Shown here: piece by piece, positions 14,301 to 20,901 of the stretch
Layout of the letters: every line of letters begins with the position of its first letter
Position numbering within the stretch: the stretch's first letter is position 1
DNA from: Candidatus Buchananbacteria bacterium
GTDB lineage: Bacteria; Patescibacteriota; Patescibacteriia; 2-01-FULL-39-33
Direction: 5' to 3'
NCBI GenBank assembly: GCA_041666945.1
Contig: JBAYFY010000003.1
Span: forward strand, 7,392-71,391
DNA length: 64,000 bases
The notes under the pieces: model-generated
Databases searched by the model: none
What the model was told of the DNA's origin: nothing
Seen by the model: only the letters and a program-made list of their open reading frames with translations
Made by a program: the position numbers and the translations under genes

Positions 14301-14920
14301 AAACCCACAGTGCACTCGCGACTGCGCCGCTCTTGCGGCCAATTGGGAAAAGCCGAATCGGAAAACTCGCAAATAGTCACTTTTTTCTTTGTGCTGTCAG
14401 GCAAGCAATCGGCGCCGATGCAATTCGGTATGCAACTGGGATCAGTCAGAACGCAACCGCCCCAAAACTCGTCATCACCGCAAATCTGTTGGCCACCGCA
14501 ACCGCCGCTGCTGCAAGATTTGATATCGCCGGGAGTACACGGCTGCCCTTGAGGATTGAACCAGGACATTAAAAATGAAGCGATGGCAAAAGCGGAAAAA
14601 ATGATCACTAAGCCGATAATCGCATTATAGATCATTTTTTTGGCTTTATTGACTTTATCCGGATCGCCTCCGGCCGTCATCCATAAAAAGCCGGCGTAAA
14701 TAATTAGCAGTAACGCCACCACGCCCAGTAAACCGAAAACAACCTGCAGAATGCGACCGATAATCATACCCAAACTGGCAGTACCGAAAATTCCTGACAA
14801 ACTTTCTAATGTGGGCGCGCTTGGAGTTTGCGCCCAGGCAAAATTACCGACGGCAAAAAATGCCGCCAATATCAGCAGGGAAAAAACGATTTTCAATTTT
14901 GTCTTGCGTTTTACAGGCAT
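2330..14920 (-). CDS. Giant (4196 aa) secreted, extremely cysteine-rich multidomain surface protein. Signal peptide plus VirB2/TrbC-like two-helix pilin-like N-module; IPT/TIG-like domains; lamin-tail domain; LamG/concanavalin-A-like jelly-roll; Myxococcus-type cysteine-rich repeats (CGNxxxExGExCDDGN).
   Basis: Single uninterrupted 12.6-kb ORF. N-terminus MPVKRKTKLKIVFSLLILAAFFAVGNFAWA (signal) followed by GRILQVVFGLLGVVALLLIIYAGFLWMTAGGDPDKVNKAKKMIYNAIIGLVIIFSAFAIASF (two TM helices). EWVEIYNPTVSPVSLDDWRI is LTD-like. LTISAWVRLDN...LYINGQEAGS...IDELKVYNRALSADEV is LamG-like. CGNKLVEPGEDCDDGN, CGNARIEYGEQCDDGN and CGNNRIETGEECDDGS are MXAN Cys-rich repeats. Confidence 0.8.
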   Translation of the reverse strand: MPVKRKTKLKIVFSLLILAAFFAVGNFAWAQTPSAPTLESLSGIFGTASLGMIIGRILQVVFGLLGVVALLLIIYAGFLWMTAGGDPDKVNKAKKMIYNAIIGLVIIFSAFAIASFLMSWFNPQGQPCTPGDIKSCSSGGCGGQQICGDDEFWGGCVLTDPSCIPNCIGADCLPDSTKKKVTICEFSDSAFPNWPQERRSRECTVGFYGSVQVPKSPTLQVKVYSYNADDAVSELSLFDLKDNTEKQIGSANVVSQIITINNQQYNAAAATLSWDTSLAEYDSLSSTTLRSFANNKSYPSNKIQAKFSPSHCFNGVKDVDEQGIDCGGGCAQNCSDFPCTRPDSPVCDDSNCINYCGANCYCVGNPVITWVDPSFDPNNDSSLRDINTLDDDIGYGAAGNYLTVYGRGFGRVAGEVRFVAKNSGAITLAKLADCASVWQDNKIVIEVPTGLDSVNDLPANYKIEVINKTKPQSPLVSNTWDFLANNIKLPGLCSIDPTSGVYPTAVDLTGRGFAADGTGKVIWYVRDSSVNYWRLVGVTSTAAVSWTDTTVKDVVPEGRRGDSVVRVYNGGYSNSVLFNIGNGSEGDSCGDNIGGDPAVCFASSADCRSNLTCQGCSNKSEDIGKWFYRVDCDMAKNCTCQKAAGQECVYNSDPAQNAVMGCDLGGCLGQKTCRADNTWGVCVKNDSACVPYLGTNPASLGLYSWSFLASLSPQAGRRCLSDLWQDGTCDPKNCGNDLGCDTAGSNEEWVEIYNPTVSPVSLDDWRIVYSGRQESIADLLSDSSAATYFIPRGVILEAGNYFIISTSTLNPGNNFQLRKDQGTIAFIKGLGDEIADIIIYNSSTVAFSPGSWGRKVDGLYTGSVKDFVYFPNSSPGQTNKIGQSSSTDHLVINEISLAHEACTCVPAAQLCTPNQTDLKSCPDLGNCKQQRVCQANGHWGGCEPLPNQVCYPTGQQASLSLYSWTFLATHELGPKKFYVVVDCSRGSACKDGDNLPSPTPSDRWTMATAGVTNSEACLNAAISARFNRPMDVKSLNEVETDLTMPGWKNLKIYKKDVSGEWQPVIPNGSFSSYASRDLGSPDLFDYFEFMPQTLEADTDYKVVLTSGVVSYEGFPLYVDQQALQSGGCDDLTKFPHAAFCWNFHTRSQGDNDKYCRVGCVHCSPQKFVNRYYGQERPHKSDVLSEDNVCIMLNADTFNWSWQEEEQTNGIWAKGTNNYSIISDFIRSKATSTAQKESDWRTYQDALFTSSDQGYFRIASIELTTGNSGTCPGHNNFTDPIVVENPVCVVGDNGLAGKLQSPSPFRGTTTEACINASLLALFSRNMTNATLDRTRIKVQKCAGTNAANDVLSTSLNACADIDLSKWQLDIFNYSHSDLSWQEIVSAPAEQYDSLAAEGIRLSPFNNSGPVRLDPNTFYRVIILGGDNGVRGAKSKQGIDEVREGVLQTPSLGDNYFSDGQNDYFWYFKTGAVDCPIDFVGVLPQKKLMKYTDESQIYIADPQHKCQHLNPYLYIWQWSSLLNLSDENTACNAATGNGVAQICSVSSAGVCPVVYTGSAPVVKVFGNSEGFTNIKARAVGSAQGGATCSADKWGRGELQIGYGGFKVINPTNDACLNTEVRFKFTTDAISASLKENDNILLYQCAVGDAACVISGANQPLNLVYPTLAEQQFTNEVAVKPVGLLATATPYRVVVKGGSSGPISFANSQLGGLNYATSQSKGSEQCDPTVYPFRPGDPYDGFCDSSTCLIKEGEDLCDTSLAECAAQDAALVAYYKFAAGNNLIDSSGHNYALRSAGNTNISFVGSPFGQAPKFVGSTGQTALETTNSAGLVSQLKNSNPLTISAWVRLDNGVLGLADAKDDRGLGIIASTYKYSDDASQLRGWTLGDDWGCALRWGCPAPDEIFFQIFDNSGQRAVVTYPDFFSNYGGKWTLVTGVFIPGNSIKLYINGQEAGSVKTAISSVAYDLATPLRIGHRADYLDQGQWDGLIDELKVYNRALSADEVGKLFSAGDYCDESCRAKGNSNSASCGNKLVEPGEDCDDGNIKNNDGCSAVCLWEGANARWNSRCGNARIEYGEQCDDGNANSADGCSSKCLYEAGYASGSGKYAALNCDNNNISTTTIQVSARSVAVSKVCFKNSVGCTADCLHTGSAPSAPVCGNNRIETGEECDDGSGKNGADKRCGATCLLNSAEKSGTCRNNKLDSGILDSYSWTFQLDQNAQYCEPFGVGLNPCPNGIWQFHPAKDVSEFTITLYKGYNGTTAPSGDCIAANNLGFWQRTIKQLVSFVKRMFGLRSVMAADYWCKLSEKTFDSSALQQMRWGNFQDSASFTTREGVTNNLEIIGYSVDNDSYELNYINKNNNWEANTEYRAAISYIKSKVRATTAATVLTFATACQIKKVTTNVWPKGDQKTVDSFFCNSDPAQGKPDDCGRYSADPYDDDMSAIWTNNPSQSGYSLDATGAPIVAEGVSYKSGNQHLYRSWARDGHGYPLRASFSWVLSNLNTDMVSSTVDYTNNNSFDIWMTPGKKTGKSILSISAADNNAANNGVNVGEGRGTMSIMNVECDNPWPAARYFPFEDTNANCKDGDSSSCINTNFWTWYCRDSGAANVCVMGDNTGQACQSQNDCFANGQYVEGSCRLYQDDDLPSIGDFTYDSVTNVIKPSTAVVIGGGDESCVNLPNTFVPKFGYYNNGDGKLYLWNSKGEVYARESIVGGESWHKVDKAPWQAAGLPANFKPVLGYYFNDDNSNCPAEAVQFWDAAGKYLTLKNGQWVTGSKYVGPKTNLPANFHPLAAYTYTLTIGGSEKTYLEIMDTDGNYAYWQQPNSCNNANDLPRWSEVKKEETRGLPADFKLATAYNVGNVLHVWSARGDHYRADVTAINFIFSKDDSAKSGLISGFKPVIAYYDNSYAGTGMPAEIISDGKFYYYKISNSWQRFTLQEKDCDAKVKEFLFTRSTTASAAAEAQIYLSAKDADFSDVDRVCGADTNCQPQIWADGSTVQMNANYSGLKFNFDVKSKGKYYVFLQTSDGFKALPGLVQKVDLKVDNNPTSTESIEASAPDDQQTTRFGTAAGAAYELDRGSHSALVRWTNDTPAGAAVDSNFRLYNIRLVKQESADLLDAVGIRVYDNNSHYSPARWYANRFGGKNNNPKSLLVDGYQAVSDGRTVYVAAADLTNDATQIYSSVYLMSYNLDANESTINIFNQLVNNWEFNVGDNLNPGEHSGGLYYNDSGENLKGCDNNPSGQDYCLTDIDCLKRGQSYCLSQKAKLIRDTKRLADVQEINVRLKNYYDQTRCSNDLAKICKTTANCSGSGVCGNYYPDLKSGTYIANKSYSAWPSWQQTLAAVLGGGNLPVDPINKFVGCASPASSVTCWNEDTKTMTCPSADSAVYSYIAANSGNSVTLSVKQEFGSNSNAWQPSWRLVPGLMYYNNAAGLRQNPFESYFVSSMCAALPPTCGNGQMDAGENCSNCYLDNACPISQSCQNQGGLWGCYAITNCGNGIKDVSEECDSGIGCTNCRCDSGYNCSGLTPFPVCGDGLIRGDETCEFDPATGKAFCEATAGAGCCCRYPTDPGCSGFCQCKAGYNCPSATPVINCGNGIKEPGEACDCGNTGYTPLPKPPLNLFECLANNGSNNQLYSNLRKGDSYQSCSADCQSIITAKFAYCGDGVVNGGEQCDSGQCCDGSCQWIIGGKPDDNQPGVTTKCNGDISQNAGECAVGYQWVSGRGCEPRIGQVCNEAGNCQCDTANNFVNTSTDPILLNCVCRTGYILKTGICQAIPLGQKCQDTENPVSLGNGTCTTCQEWCNLSEVPTAVGQANWDFYSSHTGFIWSVNNDPCRQTQVKGVACSPNPDIWSCAAAGNSCSDFSSCRTEIKYGPYCGNGVWDSQWETNKINDESADPEADGSNTYPKISDLTFCSDAPTGNLADPNASLDWNLPAYTGDADDYIIWKSNIPPQATQNSWEVHLLPYQGECVSGNSLSFDNELLGSVTEEGPYRISAKTKYSNSTDSLFLLFLKPSGLACFMANWDADKDYNCWWGCPGTHYRKGDTIYSPVTRDNSNANAFTMSNSSGFVCTNNGEIIGSNQFLLYDKDCRLISGQASANGAYISSLKYHQPIKIRFLRAYLDGQNYKIEDKWLTLDGSGNLIVGAAASEEDSKEYTGATLSSYSSFASKPLINCLNTCSANAGSANYCFEFRNRWGNIE

Positions 14921-14940
14921 GACCGCCTATTAGCTTAATT

Positions 14941-17900
14941 TTAATCGCAACCGTTGCCGTCGCAACATTTTCCCAAACAGCACTTAGTTGCTCCGTTTGC
15001 ATCGGCTATGGGAAAATCCTTGGTAACCACCCAGCTGCCGTATTTAAATTTTGTCGTATCCGCAGAAGTGGCGATCGGTTCCATGCAGGTCTTGGCGCAA
15101 TTAACTTTAGCGCCCGTAATATCTTTACAATTCATATAACCGAAAGAGGCGGGATTGGTTTTGTTTATCGGAGACGGCATAGTCAAGGCAACATCGGCGA
15201 CGCAACCGGCGGTATTATATTCGTCATCAATCTTATAACGGCATTTATTAAACTCAATATTCGCTTGATAGCTCCAACCTGCGGGCAGCGCTGATGAATC
15301 AGCGGCGGCATTTTGCGGACCGGAACCGGGCAAATAACAATTCTGCGTGACTGATTCCAGGCCCGAACCGGCGCCGGGCGCGTAGGTAACCGCTTGGTCG
15401 TAAGGGTTGTGATCAACTAAGGCCACGCTATAATCAATCAAGCCATCACCTGAACCCTGGCCGTAAACATCGCCTTCGTCTAAATTATTTACTGCCGCCC
15501 AATAACCGACAGGGTTGGCGTTTTGCGTTACCGTGCCTAACATTAAAAAACGGGTATAGAAATTACGGTCGGCCAAACCTTCACCATAACCGAAACCGGG
15601 CTTAAGGGTAACGGGATTCATTAGTCGATCAAAAGCGAAAACAACCGGATCGCCAAAGACCTCGCTGCTATCCTGCCCCCAACTCTCATCGCCTCGGGGC
15701 TGGATGGAAAACAATAACGGCGATTTATCATCAATTACCGTGGAAACAAAAAATGACCAGGAAAAATCATCGCCTTTCGTCGGGTTGGCATCGTAAGTCG
15801 GCTTTTCAATCCCATTATCAATTACAAACGTATCATTGACCAAATAAGGATTGGTTTTGCCGGAGTAGCCATAAAGCGCGCCGGAAACGGCTTGCCCCGT
15901 ACGACCCTCCGCCACACCCACGGTTTTGCCTTGGTTATCAACCGCATTAGTGTAATTGCCATTTAAAGAATTACCGGACATATCCGTAATGCCGCTGGTA
16001 TCAGTCAAAGCGGCTTGAGGATAATAAATATCGTCTTTCTTGCAACGATCATAAGCGCCACCCTCGCATTGCCCGCCCCAGCGCTTGCACCAAACATTAC
16101 TGCCGTCATCAACGCTTTTGCCTTGGCAGGATTGCAAAACGGCTGCGGCAACCACGATTTGGAATGGTTCGGATTTGGCAGCGGCTCCGGCCGAAGGGTC
16201 AATCCAGCAGTATCTTTCTTTACCGCAAGCATTCTGGCCGCAAGGATAAATGCCGGTCATTTGCACGGTCTTATACTGATTAGAAACATCATACTTAATT
16301 CTATCGGCGGGAATGTCAATCCAAGTGTTGCCGACTTTAGTTTGAACCTTGACCGTATCGGTTAAATTCAACGGATTAATTGCTTTATTGAAAGTAACAA
16401 AGAAAATGGAATTATTATAAACGTCAGGTGCCGCGCCTTGCTGGGTTTTGAGTTGATTTTTATTTTTACCGGATAAATCGCCAACTATGGTCATGATGCT
16501 ATCAGCCGCCGATTTATCAATGCTTAAGTTATTGGCTCCGGCTCCTTTTGGTTTGATAATCAAATATGCCGGCGAGCCCGCGGGGCTGACTGAGACATCA
16601 ACTAAATTCTTCGCTCCCGAACCGGCGATGGCATTCCGCAGATTTTCCAAAGTGCCGCCAATATTACCGGCCTTAACCACTGCGGTATAATTAACTGTTG
16701 CCGGTTGACCGTCAATTCCGACTTGGGTCTTGGCGACGTTGACGCCGTTAGCGTAGGCATCAGAAGCAAAAATGAAATTAATTTTATTAGCGCCGTTATT
16801 AATAACATAGGTATCGCCGGCAACGGCCGTTTCGGCCGTAAATCTCCATTGACTGCCTTGGGTAAAAGTTCCGCCTTCCGCGGCTATAGTCAAACCGTTG
16901 CCTAAATCAAAACTGACGCCGCTGACAATAGTAAAGGTCTTGCCGGTAAGCGGAGCTGGGGAATCATTAGTAAAAGCAGCGCTTCTGCCATCGCTGGAAA
17001 CGGTAAAAGTTGCTGTCCCCGCGCCCAAATCAAAACCGCTCGGCGTACTGACATGGGCCTTAAAGCCGGCGGGAACATTGCCGCTGGCGTTAGTTAGCTC
17101 TTTCTTCAGGGCTCGGCCCAAAAAATATTCGCCTTGCAGTTTAACCGGCTTTTCTGCTTTCAAATTAACTAAGGATAGTAAAGTAGTGGTAGATCCGCCG
17201 GTAGTGGATTGCGAGGAAACGGAATATAAATCCGGCTCCGTATCAGGGTAAGGATAAACTTCATATTTAACCACCTGCGGCGGATTCAAATCCAATTTGC
17301 CGTTTGTCTTGAATGACCAGGTATAATAATCCATCTTCCATAGTTTGAAAATCGACTCGCCGGTGGAAGAAGCAATAATGCCGTTTTTCAACGTAACCAT
17401 AAATTCTCTATTGGCGCCGTCTTCTTTGCCTAAGAAAGAATTGGTTAAAAACACAAAGGTCTTATCATTGCCCGGAGTTTGAGTGACGGTGGTACTGGCG
17501 CCGTTAAAAGTTTGCGCGGTGAAATCGCCGTTTTCCAAACACTTGCGCGGGGTAGCTTCGGTATCGGCCTCGCAGATTTCAATGTTAGCGCTGGCGCTGT
17601 TGGAACAATAACCAGCGGCATTGGGAACGCAAATGCTGTCAGGTTTGATATTTGATTTGAAAGTTACCACGATCCTGGTGTTAATCGGCACATTGGTCTG
17701 ATTGGGCGCGGGATAAACGCTTTCAATCGGCCCGTTGCCGATACCGCCACGACCCCAATCGTCCGGTCCGCCGGGTATGCCGCCGCCGGGTATGCCGCCG
17801 CCTCCGCCTCGGCCGAATATTCCCATTAACCAAGTAGTAATGGCGAAAGCCGCAAAAATTATAACTAAACCGATAATGGCGTTATAAATTATTTTCTTGG

Positions 17901-18258
17901 CTTTATTGACCTTATCCGGATCGCCTCCAGCCGTCATCCAAATGAAACCGCCGTAAATAATTAAAAGTACCACGATTACTCCCAATAAGCCGAAAATAAC
18001 TTGCAACACCCGGCCGATGTAAGTGGCTAACGAGGTTTCAGTGGCAATCCCGGCGGCTTGGCCGACCGCTTGCAGATTAGCATCTTGCGCCAGAACGGAA
18101 CCGGCTAAAAAGAGACCGCAAAGGGAAATAAAAAACACCAAAATCAGCGCCAATGCCTGCTTGGTGTTTAAAGTCACGATCAAAAACGACTTTAGTTTTC
18201 CGCCCCGGGCGGAATTTGATCGGGAGAACTTTTGCATGGGGACAAAAGCTTTTAACAT
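14941..18258 (-). CDS. Large (1105 aa) secreted Cys-containing surface protein with the same signal peptide plus pilin-like two-helix N-module as the giant protein, followed by a Gly-rich linker and beta-rich repeats.
   Basis: N-terminus ...ALALILVFFISLCGLFLAGSVLAQDA (signal), then GRVLQVIFGLLGVIVVLLIIYGGFIWMTAGGDPDKVNKAKKIIYNAIIGLVIIFAAFAITTWLMGIFG. This is near-identical in pattern to residues 55-125 of the 4196-aa protein. It is followed by GRGGGGGIPGGGIPGG. The stop lies 20 nt upstream of the giant gene start, so co-transcription is likely. Confidence 0.75.
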   Translation of the reverse strand: MLKAFVPMQKFSRSNSARGGKLKSFLIVTLNTKQALALILVFFISLCGLFLAGSVLAQDANLQAVGQAAGIATETSLATYIGRVLQVIFGLLGVIVVLLIIYGGFIWMTAGGDPDKVNKAKKIIYNAIIGLVIIFAAFAITTWLMGIFGRGGGGGIPGGGIPGGPDDWGRGGIGNGPIESVYPAPNQTNVPINTRIVVTFKSNIKPDSICVPNAAGYCSNSASANIEICEADTEATPRKCLENGDFTAQTFNGASTTVTQTPGNDKTFVFLTNSFLGKEDGANREFMVTLKNGIIASSTGESIFKLWKMDYYTWSFKTNGKLDLNPPQVVKYEVYPYPDTEPDLYSVSSQSTTGGSTTTLLSLVNLKAEKPVKLQGEYFLGRALKKELTNASGNVPAGFKAHVSTPSGFDLGAGTATFTVSSDGRSAAFTNDSPAPLTGKTFTIVSGVSFDLGNGLTIAAEGGTFTQGSQWRFTAETAVAGDTYVINNGANKINFIFASDAYANGVNVAKTQVGIDGQPATVNYTAVVKAGNIGGTLENLRNAIAGSGAKNLVDVSVSPAGSPAYLIIKPKGAGANNLSIDKSAADSIMTIVGDLSGKNKNQLKTQQGAAPDVYNNSIFFVTFNKAINPLNLTDTVKVQTKVGNTWIDIPADRIKYDVSNQYKTVQMTGIYPCGQNACGKERYCWIDPSAGAAAKSEPFQIVVAAAVLQSCQGKSVDDGSNVWCKRWGGQCEGGAYDRCKKDDIYYPQAALTDTSGITDMSGNSLNGNYTNAVDNQGKTVGVAEGRTGQAVSGALYGYSGKTNPYLVNDTFVIDNGIEKPTYDANPTKGDDFSWSFFVSTVIDDKSPLLFSIQPRGDESWGQDSSEVFGDPVVFAFDRLMNPVTLKPGFGYGEGLADRNFYTRFLMLGTVTQNANPVGYWAAVNNLDEGDVYGQGSGDGLIDYSVALVDHNPYDQAVTYAPGAGSGLESVTQNCYLPGSGPQNAAADSSALPAGWSYQANIEFNKCRYKIDDEYNTAGCVADVALTMPSPINKTNPASFGYMNCKDITGAKVNCAKTCMEPIATSADTTKFKYGSWVVTKDFPIADANGATKCCLGKCCDGNGCD

Positions 18259-18384
18259 AATTGCTATTTATACTCGGACTTAGTCCGATTATTTATCACC
18301 TTCCAAATTTAATGCCAATCCACTAAGACAACCGACGAACGGCATAAAAAATTATTGACGCGGTTCGTTTGCTGACAACAACGA

Positions 18385-18840
18385 TTATTTGCCCAACTCT
18401 TCTTTAACAATCCGACTGACGACAGTGCCATCGGCGGCACCCTTGGCGGCGGCCATAACCGCGCCCATAATCTTGCCGAAACCGGCCGGACCCGGATTGC
18501 CTTGCTCGGCAATGACTTTCTTCACCAATTCCCTGACCTGATCTTCGGACAATTGTTCCGGTAAAAACTTAGCGATCAAATCTATCTCCGCCTGTTCTTT
18601 GGCGGCTAATTCTTCGCGATTCCCTTGTTTGTAAGAAACAATGGAGTCCTGGCGTTTCTTAACTTCCGATTTTAAGACAGCCAAAACGTCTTCATCGGAT
18701 AACGGCTCTTCCTTAGGTATCAATTTCTCAATTTTTTTGTTGGCGATAGCGGATTTAAGCAGGCGCAAAGTGGAAACGAGAGATTCATTTTTAGCTTTGT
18801 AAGCGGTTAAAAACGCTTCGTTGATTTGTTGATCTAACAT
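18385..18840 (-). CDS. GatB/YqeY-domain protein
   Basis: 151-aa ORF. LTAYKAKNESLVSTLRLLKSAIANKKIEK and ...AKFLPEQLSEDQV... match the YqeY/GatB C-terminal-domain family. Confidence 0.6.
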   Translation of the reverse strand: MLDQQINEAFLTAYKAKNESLVSTLRLLKSAIANKKIEKLIPKEEPLSDEDVLAVLKSEVKKRQDSIVSYKQGNREELAAKEQAEIDLIAKFLPEQLSEDQVRELVKKVIAEQGNPGPAGFGKIMGAVMAAAKGAADGTVVSRIVKEELGK

Positions 18841-19000
18841 AGTTTTATTCTAAAAATCCGTAAAATCTAAGATCTATGAGGCAAAAATCGTTAATGGCTT
18901 AATCCAAAAAATTTACTGCTAATTTTTTCCGGTTAAGATCCTGCACGCTCCTTCCAACCTGCTTAAAACAGATTGGAAAGCGGCCTGAAGGCCTTATAAA

Positions 19001-19246
19001 TCATCTCTTATAACCGCCGCGGGTCGGTTCTTCCACTAATTTGCCGATTTTTTTCAAATATTCGCGCTTGGCGGTAATTTCCTCTCGGCGGGCAGCGGCT
19101 GATCTGACGGCGGTCTTGTTTTTCTTGGGTTTATGAAAACGGATTTTTTTGGCTTGCAAAATTCGCCCGCTCTGCTGGACTTTCTTAGAAAATCTGCGGA
19201 CCAACGATTCAAAACTCTCGCCTTTCTTTCTTTTTACTTCTGCCAC
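19001..19246 (-). CDS. rpsU: 30S ribosomal protein S21
   Basis: 81-aa very basic ORF MAEVKRKKGESFESLVRRFSKKVQQSGRILQAKKIRFHKPKKNKTAVRS..., typical bS21. Confidence 0.7.
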   Translation of the reverse strand: MAEVKRKKGESFESLVRRFSKKVQQSGRILQAKKIRFHKPKKNKTAVRSAAARREEITAKREYLKKIGKLVEEPTRGGYKR

Positions 19247-19362
19247 GATTGTTCACCTCTCTTTCTTTTGGTTATAAAGTTTATCAAGTTATAAAGTCAG
19301 CCAAGCATTGCGCTTTGACAAACTTTATCAACCCGACAAACTTTGTAAAATTAATAATTAAT

Positions 19363-20886
19363 TTAGTAATCCTCTCCGCCCGCATCGGGCGCGGCATCAT
19401 CAATCGCCGGTTCGGCCGGTTCATCTATCGTGTTTAAGTCATTCTCCGCTTCCCTTTCGCCATAGTCATGCTTGAAACGCTTATGAGACAAGGCGGCTTT
19501 GGTTTCTTCCGTATCAATAACGGCTACGCCTTCATCGCCGCTGTATTTTTCCAGTCGTTTGGTCAATTCGGTTTCAATCTTATTAAAATCAACTATTTCT
19601 TGCACGCCGCCGTTCATATCACGGAACATAATGGTGCCGTCACTGACTTCTTTTTGGCCTAAAATCAAGCAGTATTTGACTTTTGATCTGTTGGCTTGCT
19701 CCAGTTGCGCTTTTAAGCCGTCCTTATAAAAGGCCTGGGACAATTTGAACTTGTGGCGCAGCGCTTCATACAGCACCAGGGCTTTTTTCTTGGCGCTTTC
19801 ACCCAGTTGAGCGATAAACACATCGGGTTGGTAGGGTTCGGCCACGTCCAAATTCCTGTCTCGCAACTTGGCCACGACGCGATCCATGCCGATAGAAAAA
19901 CCGCAAGCCGGCGTATTTTCTCGTCCGCCCATAAGTTCCACCAAACCATCGTAACGTCCGCCGCCGCCCAAAGCGTTTTTGCCTTCAAGATCATCGGCTG
20001 ACCAATATTCAAAAATTGTCCGATTGTAATAATCCAAACCGCGAACAATCCAGGGGTTTAAAGCATACGGCAGATTGAGTTCATCCAAATATTCCAAAAC
20101 TTTCATGAAATGCTTCTTGCAATCATCATCCAGATAATCCAATATCTGCGGCACATCGGCTTTTAATTCTTGGCAACCCGGTTCTTTGCAATCAAGCAAG
20201 CGCAAAGGATTTTTGGCCAAACGGGATTCGCAATTCTCGCACAATTTTTTGACATGCTGGCGATAATATTTCACCAAGGCCTTTTTGTACTCCTCGCGGC
20301 AAACGGAACAACCGATGGAATTCACCTGGATCACCGCTTCTATGCCTAAATCATTCAGTAAATTATAACCCATCAAAATCAATTGGGCGTCCAAAGCCGG
20401 ACCATCCTCGCCGATTGCTTCATAGCCCGCTTGGTAAAATTGGCGGAAGCGCCCAGATTGCGGCTTCTCATGGCGGAACATTGATCCGTAATAAAAAAAC
20501 CTTACCGGTTGGGGTTGATTCAAAAAGCCGTGCTGGATGAAAGCGCGCACCACGCTGGCCGTGCCTTCAGGACGCAACACCAGATTATCCCCGCCCTGGT
20601 CAACAAAAGCGAACATTTCTTTTTCTACAATGTCCGTCTGTTTGCCGATGCCTTTGGCAAAAACATCAACATACTCCAAAACGGGCGTATCAATCTTGCC
20701 ATAGCCGTAATCATTGGCAATTTTAACAGCGGCATTTTCCGCCAATTGCCAATATTTCTGATCCTGGGGCAAGATGTCGCGCATACCGGTAACCGTAATA
20801 AACTCACGGCTCCGTTTTTTTCTGGGTTTATCAAGCGATTCTTTGTCAATATTTTTAGTTCGAGGCATACAATGAATAAATTCCAA
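19363..20886 (-). CDS. hisS: Histidyl-tRNA synthetase (class II), with an N-terminal basic extension and an acidic C-terminal tail.
   Basis: Motif 2 FRHEKPQSGRFRQFYQAGYEAIG and motif 3 GGGRYDGL. The Cys-rich HisRS insertion domain and the anticodon-binding domain are present. 507 aa against roughly 420 typical. Confidence 0.85.
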   Translation of the reverse strand: MEFIHCMPRTKNIDKESLDKPRKKRSREFITVTGMRDILPQDQKYWQLAENAAVKIANDYGYGKIDTPVLEYVDVFAKGIGKQTDIVEKEMFAFVDQGGDNLVLRPEGTASVVRAFIQHGFLNQPQPVRFFYYGSMFRHEKPQSGRFRQFYQAGYEAIGEDGPALDAQLILMGYNLLNDLGIEAVIQVNSIGCSVCREEYKKALVKYYRQHVKKLCENCESRLAKNPLRLLDCKEPGCQELKADVPQILDYLDDDCKKHFMKVLEYLDELNLPYALNPWIVRGLDYYNRTIFEYWSADDLEGKNALGGGGRYDGLVELMGGRENTPACGFSIGMDRVVAKLRDRNLDVAEPYQPDVFIAQLGESAKKKALVLYEALRHKFKLSQAFYKDGLKAQLEQANRSKVKYCLILGQKEVSDGTIMFRDMNGGVQEIVDFNKIETELTKRLEKYSGDEGVAVIDTEETKAALSHKRFKHDYGEREAENDLNTIDEPAEPAIDDAAPDAGGEDY

Positions 20887-20901
20887 TATCTTGGTTATTA
20901 T

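Noticed and set aside
2603-14933. Numerous 60-160-aa plus-strand ORFs nested antisense inside the giant gene (e.g. 3032..3523, 7010..7429, 10907..11266).
   Set aside because: They lie opposite one continuous, domain-rich 12.6-kb reading frame, have no RBSs, and have low-complexity Arg/Ile/Gly-rich translations typical of antisense frames of a GC-skewed gene.
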